From positions 1-43,158 of the forward strand of contig CAZTZC010000003.1 of the NCBI GenBank assembly GCA_964618045.1: a DNA stretch of 43,158 bases. The letters are read 5' to 3'. The position numbers and the translations under genes were made by a program. The number at the start of each line of letters is the position of its first letter. The first letter of the stretch is position 1. A model generated the notes under the pieces. That model was not told where the DNA came from and made no database searches. It saw nothing but the letters and a program-made list of their open reading frames with translations. Below are positions 27,191 through 36,170 of this stretch, piece by piece. The DNA comes from an uncultured Candidatus Bathyarchaeia archaeon. GTDB lineage: Archaea; Thermoproteota; Bathyarchaeia; TCS64.

Positions 27191-27499
27191 ATGGACTACC
27201 ACTACTCAAAGGAACGTGACCCCAAGGTCATGGAGTACTTCGACGAGGATGCCATGAAGGCCTTCAGGGACTGGAACGGCAGGGTGATGGCTCCCGGCGA
27301 GCTGGACAGGAAGACCAAGGAGCTCGTCGCCGTGGCCTGCGCCTACATGACCCGTTGCCCCTACTGCATCGAGGGCCACGCCAAGGCCGCCGTCGAGGCG
27401 GGGGCGTCTAAGGAGGAGCTCGCCGAGGTGATTCAGATATCCATGGCGTTGGCCGCAGGCGCGAGGATAGCCCACAGGAACTTCGCGTTAGACGTCTAA
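27191..27499 (+). CDS. carboxymuconolactone decarboxylase / AhpD-like family protein
   Basis: It has the CPYCIEGH (CxxCxxxH) motif in a helical protein of about 100 aa. Confidence 0.8.
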   Translation: MDYHYSKERDPKVMEYFDEDAMKAFRDWNGRVMAPGELDRKTKELVAVACAYMTRCPYCIEGHAKAAVEAGASKEELAEVIQISMALAAGARIAHRNFALDV

Positions 27500-27538
27500 C
27501 TGTCGCTGCGATAGGCTCAACTGCACAAATTTTTACGG

Positions 27539-30388
27539 CTACTTGTCGTCCCAGTACTGCCTTGTCTTCATGTACTGTATCTTGGCTCTGAGGAGGTCCT
27601 TGTAGAACTCCTCGTCGCTGCGGTGCATCCGGCTGAGCACCTGATACGAGGTGACGGGGCCTACGCCGTGGACCATGAGAGCCTCCACCGCCTTCCTGCC
27701 GTAGCTGAGCACCATGTCCGCGGTCTTCCTGCCGTGGACCAACTGATCCATGTCGTCGCCGAACAGCTCCTCCCCCTCCTTCCAGCGCCTGAGGAGGCCC
27801 TGGAAGTGCTCCGGGCTCTGGTGGCGCCGCATCATGGCTAGGAGACCGCTTCCACAGTTACCGCACCTGGGGTGGTCGTCCATCTCTCTGATCCGGATCC
27901 GGGTGTGCCACTCGCCGCAGTCGACGCAGGCCAGGTTTACGCTCCGTGCCTCGATGCTCTCCTTCATGTACTGGAGCTGATCCGCTATGGTGGCGTCCGT
28001 GGCCATGAGCTCCTCCACGTCGGCGTACTTCTCAAGTATGTGCCGGGCGAGCACGCTGGGCTCGGACATCATCTTAACCTCAACCGAGACCCTCCCATCA
28101 GCGATCCCTTGGATCGTCTCCTTGACCCCCGGGAGGTCCAGCTTCTCCTGGTACGCCTCGCGGAGCGTCTCCCTGTAGATAGGCGTGTCCTTGAACCTGT
28201 AGTAGAGGTTCTCGACTCGGTCGGGCCCCATGATCTTACCGCGTGGGAGGACGCCGAACCGCTCGGCGACGAACTTCATTTTGTAGCCGAACGGGAACCT
28301 GGCCTCCATGAACTCCATGAGGAGCCTGTCAGCATCTGCTTCCGTCAGACCCGTGATGAGCTTCTCGACGCGCTCCACCTCCTCCTTGTTGAGCTTGTTC
28401 GGGGCCTCGACGAGTATCCTGTAGGCGTCGTTCCACCACGCGTATATGAGCTCCATCTCGCTGAGCGCGGCGTCGAGTATCGCGCCTAGGGCCCTGTTGA
28501 GGTTCTCGCCGCGGACGCTGTGGATGACCAGGTACCTGTCGTAGACCTCGAGGACGAGGTTGTCGGGGTTTGGCAGGGGGACCCCCGACTTCATGTGAGC
28601 CTCGGTCTCTTTAGCGACCTCGGCTAGGCTGTTCAAGTCTGTGTCCAGCGACTCCGCCAGCTCATCGAGCCTGTCGCTACGCGTAGCCTCGAGTATCTCC
28701 AGGCGTAGCCTCCCGCTCTCCTCGGCCACCTCCCTCGAGACGGGGATGAGCTCGCCGTCCCAGCCGGGGAGAGCGCCGAGGGGGTCCGTGCTGGGGAGGG
28801 CGTGGAGCACGCCTCGCTCCTCGTCTATCTGGAGTATACGCCAGACGCGGCCGCGGAGTATGACGTTGAGGCCGACGCGGGCCCGCAGGCTCCAGAACTC
28901 GTCGCCCACGGTGCCCACCATCTCGTCCGTCACGGCGTTGATGAACGGGTACCTACGCTCGTCGTTTATCATGCCCAAGTTCTCGTAGTAGTATCTTCTT
29001 GCCTTACCGCGGCCCTTCAAGGTTTCCCCCTCCTTCACGATCAACCCTATCTTGTATAGAAACTTCGTCAGCTCCTCCAGCGCCTCAAGGCTGAAGCCCC
29101 TGAATGGGTACGCCCTCGTGATCAGCTCATGGAGCTCCCCCATACCGATGCCTTCCGGGTGGCTCAGCGTGAGCCCCGCTATCTGGTGGGTGAGCACGTC
29201 GAGGGGCTCCACGTGGACCACGGTGGGCTCAAGCCGCTTCCGTCTCGCCATCTCGCTGGTCACCACGCATTCCAGCGCGTCCTCGCCGTACGCCGGGATG
29301 GTGACGCCTCTGCTCAGACGGCTTATCCTGTGGCCCGCCCGCCCCACCCTCTGCATGAGGGTCGAGACCTGCCGAGGGCTGAGGTACTGTATGCATAGGT
29401 CCACCTCCCCAACGTCGATGCCGAGTTGCAGCGTGCTGGTGCAGACGATGGCCTTGAGCTCCCCAGCCTTGAACTCGTCCTCCACCCTGTGCCTCTGCTC
29501 CCGGCTCAGGCTCCCGTGGTGTACCTCTATACCCTCGTCCATGGTCTTCAGCTTGTAGCCCAGGGCCTCGGCCTGGCCCCTGCCCTGCACGAAGACGAGG
29601 GTGCCGTTATGGTCCCTGACTAGCCGTCTTATCCGGTTGAGCCTCGAAGCCGCCTTGGGGGACATGTCGATCTCGTCGGCTAGGTCATAGTCCTCGTCGC
29701 GGGGCTCAGGGAACTCGACGTTGTAGACGTAGCTCTTGTCCACCTCGACCTCGACGGTGGTTACGCGGTGGACGCCGCCGAGGAACATGGCGACGGTCTC
29801 CGGGTTGCCGACCGTGGCGCTGAGCCCGATCCTCTGGACCTTATGTCCGGCGGCTTGTTCGAGCCTCTCCAAGCCGACGGTGAGTTGAGCCCCTCGCTTG
29901 CTCGCCGCCAGGTCGTGTATCTCGTCGACGATGATCCACCTGACGGTCTTCAGGTGTCCCCGCATGGACTTGGTGGGCAGTATCGCCTGCAGGGTCTCGG
30001 GGGTGGTTATGAGCATCTGCGGCGGCTTGGTGGATTGCCTGCGCCTCTGCTTCTGGCTGGTGTCGCCGTGCCTCACCTGTACGTCGATTCCCAGGTGGTC
30101 CGCCCAGAACATCATCCGCCTCTCGATGTCCCTGTTCAGCGCCCGCAGCGGAGTGATGTAGATGATGCCTATGCCCCGCCCGGGCTCCGACCTTAGATAC
30201 ATGTCGAACACCGGTAGGAGCGCCGCCTCCGTCTTACCGCTGGCGGTGGGGGCGATGAGGAGCACGTTCTCCCCGTCAAGTAATGGTTTAAATACGCTCT
30301 CCTGGGGCGGCGTCGGCTCCGATATGCCCAGCATCTCAAGCCCCGACCTTATCCTCGGGTGGAGCATGTCGAAGACGCTGGGCTGCAT
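27539..30388 (-). CDS. lhr: Lhr-family ATP-dependent DEAD/DEAH-box helicase
   Basis: It has PTPPQ, Walker A APTASGKT and the DEIH box VDEIHD. It also has helicase C motifs (VCTSTLQLGIDVG, QRVGRAGH), a long C-terminal region and the zinc ribbon CVDCG...CGNCG. Confidence 0.85.
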   Translation of the reverse strand: MQPSVFDMLHPRIRSGLEMLGISEPTPPQESVFKPLLDGENVLLIAPTASGKTEAALLPVFDMYLRSEPGRGIGIIYITPLRALNRDIERRMMFWADHLGIDVQVRHGDTSQKQRRRQSTKPPQMLITTPETLQAILPTKSMRGHLKTVRWIIVDEIHDLAASKRGAQLTVGLERLEQAAGHKVQRIGLSATVGNPETVAMFLGGVHRVTTVEVEVDKSYVYNVEFPEPRDEDYDLADEIDMSPKAASRLNRIRRLVRDHNGTLVFVQGRGQAEALGYKLKTMDEGIEVHHGSLSREQRHRVEDEFKAGELKAIVCTSTLQLGIDVGEVDLCIQYLSPRQVSTLMQRVGRAGHRISRLSRGVTIPAYGEDALECVVTSEMARRKRLEPTVVHVEPLDVLTHQIAGLTLSHPEGIGMGELHELITRAYPFRGFSLEALEELTKFLYKIGLIVKEGETLKGRGKARRYYYENLGMINDERRYPFINAVTDEMVGTVGDEFWSLRARVGLNVILRGRVWRILQIDEERGVLHALPSTDPLGALPGWDGELIPVSREVAEESGRLRLEILEATRSDRLDELAESLDTDLNSLAEVAKETEAHMKSGVPLPNPDNLVLEVYDRYLVIHSVRGENLNRALGAILDAALSEMELIYAWWNDAYRILVEAPNKLNKEEVERVEKLITGLTEADADRLLMEFMEARFPFGYKMKFVAERFGVLPRGKIMGPDRVENLYYRFKDTPIYRETLREAYQEKLDLPGVKETIQGIADGRVSVEVKMMSEPSVLARHILEKYADVEELMATDATIADQLQYMKESIEARSVNLACVDCGEWHTRIRIREMDDHPRCGNCGSGLLAMMRRHQSPEHFQGLLRRWKEGEELFGDDMDQLVHGRKTADMVLSYGRKAVEALMVHGVGPVTSYQVLSRMHRSDEEFYKDLLRAKIQYMKTRQYWDDK

Positions 30389-30532
30389 GGGATTGATGAT
30401 GGAAAGGCGGAATTAAATTCTATCCACTGATGCACCAATACACGTAATCATATGGTTTATATTCTTGTACACATCCAAAAGTGAGATGCCTCGTGCAGAC
30501 AAGATTCAAGGCATCGAAAGGTGAAGATAGGA

Positions 30533-30715
30533 ATGCCAGATTGTGAAATATGTGGGGCACAGCGCGTTAAAACCTACAAGTGCAAGGAGTGTGGAGTGAA
30601 CTTCTGTGTGAGGTGCGGCAAGTCCCACAAGAATCTATGCAACAAATGTCTGTCCAAGGACGTTAAGAGCTCACCCCTAAGCATAATAACCGGTCTTTTC
30701 GGCGGCAAAAAGTAA
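30533..30715 (+). CDS. small multi-Cys zinc-finger protein
   Basis: It has the Cys pairs CEICG, CKECG, CVRCG and CNKC, with a short hydrophobic tail. The ATG at 30533 lies within an ORF that opens at a GTG at 30521. Confidence 0.45.
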   Translation: MPDCEICGAQRVKTYKCKECGVNFCVRCGKSHKNLCNKCLSKDVKSSPLSIITGLFGGKK

Positions 30716-30778
30716 CCTAGTTTCAATTGCTTTCCGGGTACTCCCTTTTTAGATAAAATAAAATGGGAAACTTTTCTT

Positions 30779-31288
30779 TTATTCTAGTAACTTTTGGAGC
30801 TTCTCTGCGGTCACCTTAGCCGCGATGGCACAGGTCTTTGGGCACCCATCGTCGTCGTGGCCACCCGCCTCTAGGAACAGCGGGTAGTCCTCGGGGTTGT
30901 TCAGGTCGAAGCTCCTTCCGTAGATGTGTTCCTGGATGTCGCGGCAGATGGTTGAGCCCAGCGGCTCGTCGAACCCGAACTCCTCCATGAGCTTATTCTT
31001 GAACTCGTCTACGATCTCGTTGGCGGGCTTCATAGCGTCCCTGTAGGCCTGGGTGTCGCGGATGTCGTCCCGTCCATAGACCAGCCCAAGGGCCATGAGG
31101 CCGCCCAGCAGGGCGCCGCATGTCTCGCCCCTCCGGGCTACGCCTCCGCTGAGGACGGTGGCGGCCCGGAAGCTCTCCTGATCCCCTATGTCGAAGGCTT
31201 CCTGCAGGGCGAGGAGAACGCTCTGGCTGCAGCCACTGTACTTGTCGTATTCCAGCGCCTTGGCGCCTATCGCTTCGATGTCTACCAT
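30779..31288 (-). CDS. C_GCAxxG_C_C family protein
   Basis: It has the CSQSVLLAL...GETCGALLGG...CPKTCAIAA pattern of the family. Confidence 0.8.
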   Translation of the reverse strand: MVDIEAIGAKALEYDKYSGCSQSVLLALQEAFDIGDQESFRAATVLSGGVARRGETCGALLGGLMALGLVYGRDDIRDTQAYRDAMKPANEIVDEFKNKLMEEFGFDEPLGSTICRDIQEHIYGRSFDLNNPEDYPLFLEAGGHDDDGCPKTCAIAAKVTAEKLQKLLE

Positions 31289-31289
31289 A

Positions 31290-32597
31290 TCAGCTCACCA
31301 GGTGCAGCTTCTTCTGGCGGCCAGCCAGGAACACGAGTCTGTCGCCGGTCCACCACGCGTCCTGCTCCAGGCTCATCCGGGCCTCCTGGCCGCCCCACTC
31401 CGGCACCTCCTTTTTGGCGTTGAGCTCTATGGCGTAGCAGGTATCAGGGTATAGTGGATGGTCTCCTCTACCCGGCACACCATCCTGCTGGTCCCAGAGG
31501 CCTATGGTGGGGCCCGCGGCGTGCCCGTGGACGCCTATGGGGTGCGTGTATATGCTGGGGTTGATGCCCGCCTTCCTGGCGTTGTTCAACACCGTCTTCA
31601 GTATCTCGTTGCCGGTGCGCCCCGTCTTCATGGCGTCGGCGTGGAAGTCCTGCAGCCTGTTGGCGTCCGCGAGGGCGTCGTTGAGGCCCTGGGGGGCGTC
31701 TGTCTCGCCGTGCCTGAGCACGTAGGCGTTCTGCTGTACGTCTGTGGCGAGGCCCAGGTAGTAGAACCCTACGTCGCAGTGGAGGAGGTCGCCGCGCATG
31801 ATCGTTTTGCGTTTCTCTTTGTCGTCGTATTTGACGCCGTGGCCCTGGAGGTCCACGGTGGCGGGGAACCACATCTCGACGCCCAGGTCCAGCATCTTCT
31901 GCCTTATCCACCACTGGACGTCCTCGTTGGTGGTGACCCCAGGCGTTATCACCTTGCTGCTGAACGCCTCCTGTATTATGGCGTGGGTGAGCTCCACGAG
32001 CGTGGGGTACGCCTCCAGCTCGTCCGGGATGCGGGTCTCCAGCCATCGGATGCATAGCTTCTCGGCCGAGACAAGGCGTTCACTATCGTCGCCGAGGGCG
32101 TCCACGAGCAGGGTGTACTCTCCGTGGGTTAGGCCGTCGCCGAAGGCCCAGGTGCTGCCGACGTCGATGCCTATGTTCTCGGGGTCCCTCTCTCTTATGA
32201 TGCGGGCTAGGCATTGGTGCTGATCCTCCTTCTCGGGGTCCCAGACTCCCTCGTAGAAGTCTCCGAACCCGTAACGGTAGACGGCGAGCCTGTCCACCCC
32301 GTCGGGTTTCCTGTGGAGAAGCAGGATGGTGCGGCGCCTGGCGTAGAGGTTGGGCTCCGGGAGGAGGCTCATGATGACGGGGTCCTCGTTGTATTCCCGG
32401 GCTATGATGAGCCACATCTCGATGCCGCACTCGTCCATTAGGCGGGGAAGCAGCGTCTCCAGCCTTTTCCTGAGCCAGCCGTTGTACACGTCCATCCGCT
32501 GCCTGAGGGGCAGTATCCTCTGCCTGTAGCTCTCTGAGCCGGGGTTAGTGTAATGAGGAAAAAGATGATCACTCATGACACATACATTTGGCATCAA
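31290..32597 (-). CDS. M24-family metallopeptidase (Xaa-Pro aminopeptidase-like)
   Basis: The pita-bread fold metal-ligand context is HCDVGFYYLGLATDVQQ, HPIGVHGHAAGP and YAIELNA. Confidence 0.8.
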   Translation of the reverse strand: MMPNVCVMSDHLFPHYTNPGSESYRQRILPLRQRMDVYNGWLRKRLETLLPRLMDECGIEMWLIIAREYNEDPVIMSLLPEPNLYARRRTILLLHRKPDGVDRLAVYRYGFGDFYEGVWDPEKEDQHQCLARIIRERDPENIGIDVGSTWAFGDGLTHGEYTLLVDALGDDSERLVSAEKLCIRWLETRIPDELEAYPTLVELTHAIIQEAFSSKVITPGVTTNEDVQWWIRQKMLDLGVEMWFPATVDLQGHGVKYDDKEKRKTIMRGDLLHCDVGFYYLGLATDVQQNAYVLRHGETDAPQGLNDALADANRLQDFHADAMKTGRTGNEILKTVLNNARKAGINPSIYTHPIGVHGHAAGPTIGLWDQQDGVPGRGDHPLYPDTCYAIELNAKKEVPEWGGQEARMSLEQDAWWTGDRLVFLAGRQKKLHLVS

Positions 32598-32655
32598 AGG
32601 TTAAATTTATTCACGAAAACAGGCGGAATAGACTTAAACATTTACATATCACCTG

Positions 32656-33477
32656 ATGGCTGTGGGAACCTGGAAACTTAAACTCGTGTATTTCTCGCCC
32701 ACAGGTACATCAAAGAGGACGGCGGAGGCAGTCGCCAAGGGCCTGGGCCCAGAGTTCGACTGCGTCGATTTGACTTTACCTGATGCCGAAACCAAGAAAC
32801 ACAGCTTCAAACTAGATGAATTGGCGGTCATCGCGGTCCCTGTGTACAGTGGACGCGTTCCCGTGACGGCTGTGAGACGATTAAAAAAAGTTAGGGGGAG
32901 GCAGTGCCCCGCTGTCCTCATCGTGGTGTACGGTAACAGAGCCTTCGAGGACGCCTTGCTTGAACTCAAGGACATCGCGCTGGAGCAGGGCTTCCTGCCA
33001 ATCGCCGGTGCGGCGTTTATAGGAGAACACAGCTTCGACGCGCCTGAGACGCCGATAGCCACGGGCCGCCCGGATAAGGCAGATTTGGATAAGGCGGAGG
33101 CGTTCGGTGGGCAGGTCAAAGAAATACTTGTACAGGGCTCGGTGCATGAGCTAGAGGTTCCCGGGCACAGACCCTACAGGGAAAATAGTGGCTGGAATAA
33201 GCCTTACGAGGAAAGAGAAAAAGCTGACCTATGGTCACCTGAGACCAATACCGAAGTCTGCATACTGTGCGGTTTGTGCGCAAGTGTTTGTCCGACAGCC
33301 GCCGTGAACGTCGCTGGTTCGGTGAAGACGGATAAAGCGGACTGTATCGCTTGCACCGCGTGCGTAAAGAGCTGCCCGACGGGTGCAAGAATCTGGACGC
33401 ATGAGCGGGTGAAGAAGGCCGCCGCTTGGCTCTACGCCAATTGTAGTGAAAGAAGAGAGCCTGAGACTTTCCTTTAA
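32656..33477 (+). CDS. flavodoxin-like domain fused to a 2x[4Fe-4S] ferredoxin domain
   Basis: The N-terminus LVYFSPTGTSKRTAEAV is followed by CILCGLCASVCP and CIACTACVKSCP. Confidence 0.75.
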   Translation: MAVGTWKLKLVYFSPTGTSKRTAEAVAKGLGPEFDCVDLTLPDAETKKHSFKLDELAVIAVPVYSGRVPVTAVRRLKKVRGRQCPAVLIVVYGNRAFEDALLELKDIALEQGFLPIAGAAFIGEHSFDAPETPIATGRPDKADLDKAEAFGGQVKEILVQGSVHELEVPGHRPYRENSGWNKPYEEREKADLWSPETNTEVCILCGLCASVCPTAAVNVAGSVKTDKADCIACTACVKSCPTGARIWTHERVKKAAAWLYANCSERREPETFL

Positions 33478-33495
33478 TCGATTTTCAAGTCAACT

Positions 33496-33610
33496 TGTAG
33501 TCAATACTATACCTTCAACCTGTAGTCAATACTACATGTTTAATCCATAGTCAATACTATTTGATCTACTTGTAGTCAATACTACAGGTTGAACCTGTAG
33601 TGAATACTAT
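33496..33610. repeat. five direct copies of a 15-bp quasi-palindrome at an exact 25-bp period
   Basis: The copies are TGTAGTCAATACTAT (33496), TGTAGTCAATACTAC (33521), CATAGTCAATACTAT (33546), TGTAGTCAATACTAC (33571) and TGTAGTGAATACTAT (33596). The 10-bp intervening segments are accttcaacc, atgtttaatc, ttgatctact and aggttgaacc. The core is GTAGT-N4-ACTAC. Confidence 0.9.
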
Positions 33611-33876
33611 ATGTTGGTCTCGACGCATCTAAACATCCTCGATTCTCCTCCGTAGTGGTTTACTAGTCTCCGTACCGCCTGGGCTTCACTGTGGCTTTCT
33701 GTCCTGTAGACGCTGTACTGTATTAGGCCGCCTCCGCGTAAGTCGCTTATCCTTTTCAGGTTCACCCAGAAGTTGGGGTTGGGCTTGTGTTCGATGAAGT
33801 CGTAGACTATTATCCAGCTGCCAGCCTCGTCCTTGTGCTCGTCGAGTAGCTGGTGGGCGATTGAGCGGTTAGCCAT
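33607..33876 (-). CDS. 89-aa orphan protein with a Cas2/VapD-like beta-alpha-beta sequence pattern
   Basis: SWIIVYDF...FWVNLKRISDL...GLIQYSVYRTESHSEAQAVRRLVNHYGG...RMFRCVE recalls the Cas2 pattern xIVYDI..(helix)..VQYSVFE..(helix)..beta. Codon style is like the host. Its stop codon lies inside repeat copy 5. Confidence 0.5.
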   Translation of the reverse strand: MANRSIAHQLLDEHKDEAGSWIIVYDFIEHKPNPNFWVNLKRISDLRGGGLIQYSVYRTESHSEAQAVRRLVNHYGGESRMFRCVETNI

Positions 33877-33882
33877 TTAACC

Positions 33883-33897
33883 TATAGTTAATACTAC
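33883..33897. promoter_or_regulatory. sixth copy of the 15-bp motif, 7 nt upstream of the small gene's start codon
   Basis: TATAGTTAATACTAC is followed by aggttga. The same 7 nt follow array copy 4. Confidence 0.5.
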
Positions 33898-33969
33898 AGG
33901 TTGATTTCTAGAGTGTGCACTGCCCCTGTAAAACCTCGTGACCACCAACTACGTCATAATAATGGGAGT

Positions 33970-35115
33970 TTAGCCTCTCCACACCTTCTTGAAGAGCCTG
34001 AGGAAGTTGCCGCCCAGGATGCCATTGACCTCTTGGTCCGAGTAGCCCCGGGCCACGAGGCCCTTCGTGAGGTTGGGCATGTGCTCGAGCCAGCCGTAGC
34101 CCCACGACGCGTCCATGGGGGTGAAGTAGTCGACGTCGATCCTGTCGGGGTGCTTCCAGATGTGGGCCGCCCTCGTGACGCTGTTCCTGAAGTCTAGGTC
34201 GGAGCCGAAGCCGACGTGGCTGGCCCCCACGAGGTCGACGGTGGCGTCCACCTGGTCCATGAGGTCGTCGGTGAGGGTTGAGTCCCCCGTCTTCTTCGCG
34301 AAGTATGGCGTCACGCCGATGACCCCGCCCTTCTCGGCGCAGGCCTGGAGGGCGTCGTCGGTCTTTCCCCTCTGCTGCGAGTACCTGAGGAACTCGCCGT
34401 AGGGGCCGCTGCTCATCCAGGCGGCGTAGCCTCCCATCTCCCTGGGGGTTGAGGAGCGGGGGATGACGTGGGTGAAGCTAACTGGGTCCCTGCTCGTCTC
34501 GATGGCCTCCATGACGCTGGTGTCCCCGGTGTGGCTCAGGTCTATGAGGATGCCCTGCCTGTTCATCTCCTCCACGAGCTTGACGCCGTAGTTGCTGAGC
34601 CCGGCATCGCAGCGCTCAGTGCAGCCGTCCCCCGCCTCGTTCCTGCTGTTGTAGGTGAGCTGGATGATGCGTATGCCCCAGTCATGGGCCACCTCTAGGA
34701 AGCGGAGGTTCCCCTCGAGGAAGCTGCTGTCCTGGGGGCCTAGGATGATTGCGTGTCTCCCCTCCTTCTTGGCCTTCTCGATGTCCGAGGCCTTGAAGGC
34801 GATGAGCGCTTTTTCCTTCTTCTTCTCGGCCCACTCGTGGTACTCCCCGAGCTCGGTGAGGGCGTCGTTGAAGGCGCGTCCCATGCAGACGGTGGCGTTG
34901 GTCGCCGTTAGCCCCCCCTTGAGGACGTCGTCGATCCATATGTCCTCCCCGACGTAGTTGATGAACGCGACGATGCTCGCGTCGATGACGACGCTCTCAC
35001 GGTGGAGCGCCAGGGCGTGGTCCCTCTCGTCGTTGCTCAGTTCGATGTAGCTTCTAGACAAGTGTATCGAGATTAAGAATGTCTCGGGGTTTAAATCACC
35101 TACCTGTCCCAACAT
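33970..35115 (-). CDS. M19-family membrane dipeptidase
   Basis: ESVVIDA, IRIIQLTYNSRNEAGDGC, GLSNYGVKLVEEMNRQGILIDLSHTGD and GFGSDLDF are renal-dipeptidase family segments. Confidence 0.85.
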   Translation of the reverse strand: MLGQVGDLNPETFLISIHLSRSYIELSNDERDHALALHRESVVIDASIVAFINYVGEDIWIDDVLKGGLTATNATVCMGRAFNDALTELGEYHEWAEKKKEKALIAFKASDIEKAKKEGRHAIILGPQDSSFLEGNLRFLEVAHDWGIRIIQLTYNSRNEAGDGCTERCDAGLSNYGVKLVEEMNRQGILIDLSHTGDTSVMEAIETSRDPVSFTHVIPRSSTPREMGGYAAWMSSGPYGEFLRYSQQRGKTDDALQACAEKGGVIGVTPYFAKKTGDSTLTDDLMDQVDATVDLVGASHVGFGSDLDFRNSVTRAAHIWKHPDRIDVDYFTPMDASWGYGWLEHMPNLTKGLVARGYSDQEVNGILGGNFLRLFKKVWRG

Positions 35116-35232
35116 TTTAAGATGGTTCTGAGTGTTGACCCGTTTTTTATGGTATCTGGGACGTTTTTGCTTAGGATTGCTGGTGTTTTGATCCGATATA
35201 TTTAATAGGGATATGCTGATGATTTGCTGGAA

Positions 35233-35517
35233 ATGGTTCGGTACCTCGTGTTCTGTGAGATGACGCCTGAGTTCCTTCAGATGTCGCTGGAGGAGCGTAA
35301 GGAGCTGCCGCTGAGTTGGAGTCAGGTCGCCTCACAGTTTGGGGTCAAGATGCTTTTTTGGGGTATGCCTCTGGGCGTGCATGAGCACGTGGTTTGTGTG
35401 TTCGAGGCCAACGGGAGTAACGAGAAGTACTTCAAGTTCCAGAGGGAGTGGCTCGCACTGGGGACGCCGGAGGCGGGCAGGTACGTCAAGAACACCAGGA
35501 CGATAACCGTCTACTGA
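35233..35517 (+). CDS. hypothetical small protein
   Basis: 94-aa ORF from the ATG at 35233 (a TTG at 35224 is also possible). I recognise no family with confidence. Confidence 0.45.
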   Translation: MVRYLVFCEMTPEFLQMSLEERKELPLSWSQVASQFGVKMLFWGMPLGVHEHVVCVFEANGSNEKYFKFQREWLALGTPEAGRYVKNTRTITVY

Positions 35518-35732
35518 CCCTTTTCGTTAGGCCGGTCCGGGTTTTTCTTGGGTTTCTCTTCCTTGCAGTAGGGAAACCTTTCGCCTCTGCACGGCTCGGT
35601 TCTCCAGCAGATGACACACCTGGGCATGGGGTTCGGTGGGTGGCGGCGGCTCTTAAACCGTGTTGATCGCAGCACCTAAATACGCGGTGTGTTACCGTTC
35701 ACTGATATCGTAATACTGTTGGCGGTGTCTAC

Positions 35733-36170
35733 GTGAAATTTTTGGAAGAGCCTAAGCAGCGGGTCCTAGACGAGGAGCTGGAGCGGAGGGCCGTGGAGTT
35801 CCACGGCCACGGCGGCCCCTTCATGACGGTTGGCCTCAGGATGGGCCTTTACGCCCTCGAGCGCCTGGATTGTAGGGGGTGGTTCGACTTGAGCTGCAGG
35901 GTCGCGTTGAGGTGGAGGCCCCCTGATTCCTGTGTAGTCGACGGCATCCAGAGCAGCACGGGCTGCACCATGGGGAAACATAACATCGAGGTGGTTGAGG
36001 GCGACGGGGTGTCGGCTGTGTTCACCTCCAAGGAGGGTTCTGTGGCGCTGAGGCTGAAGGAGAGAGTGCTCGAAAAGTTGAGGGGCGGTCTGGACGACGT
36101 GGAGAACACCCTAGAATTGATGGGGTGGCTGGGAGAGGCGGCGGCGGAGGAGCTTTTCGAGGTTAGTTAG
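35733..36170 (+). CDS. FmdE-domain protein
   Basis: It has the FHGHGGPFMTVGLRMG and CVVDGIQSSTGCTMGK signatures. The start is a GTG. Confidence 0.8.
   Translation: MKFLEEPKQRVLDEELERRAVEFHGHGGPFMTVGLRMGLYALERLDCRGWFDLSCRVALRWRPPDSCVVDGIQSSTGCTMGKHNIEVVEGDGVSAVFTSKEGSVALRLKERVLEKLRGGLDDVENTLELMGWLGEAAAEELFEVS

Noticed and set aside
30386-30433. Possible C/D-box sRNA (TGATGA at 30394-30399, CTGA at 30427-30430)
   Set aside because: Only 27 nt separate the boxes, there are no C'/D' boxes, and the 5' part overlaps the helicase start codon. It is too short for a guide sRNA.
33442-33450. Partial motif TGTAGTGAA inside the end of the flavodoxin-ferredoxin gene as a further repeat copy
   Set aside because: Only 9 nt match, it lies within coding sequence, and it is out of the 25-bp phase (54 bp from copy 1).
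33496-33610. Calling the 25-bp-period repeat array a CRISPR array
   Set aside because: The repeats are only 15 bp, the spacers only 10 bp and partly related to each other, and there are only five units. No cas1 or effector genes are present. It does not meet canonical CRISPR criteria, so I report it as a novel repeat module instead.
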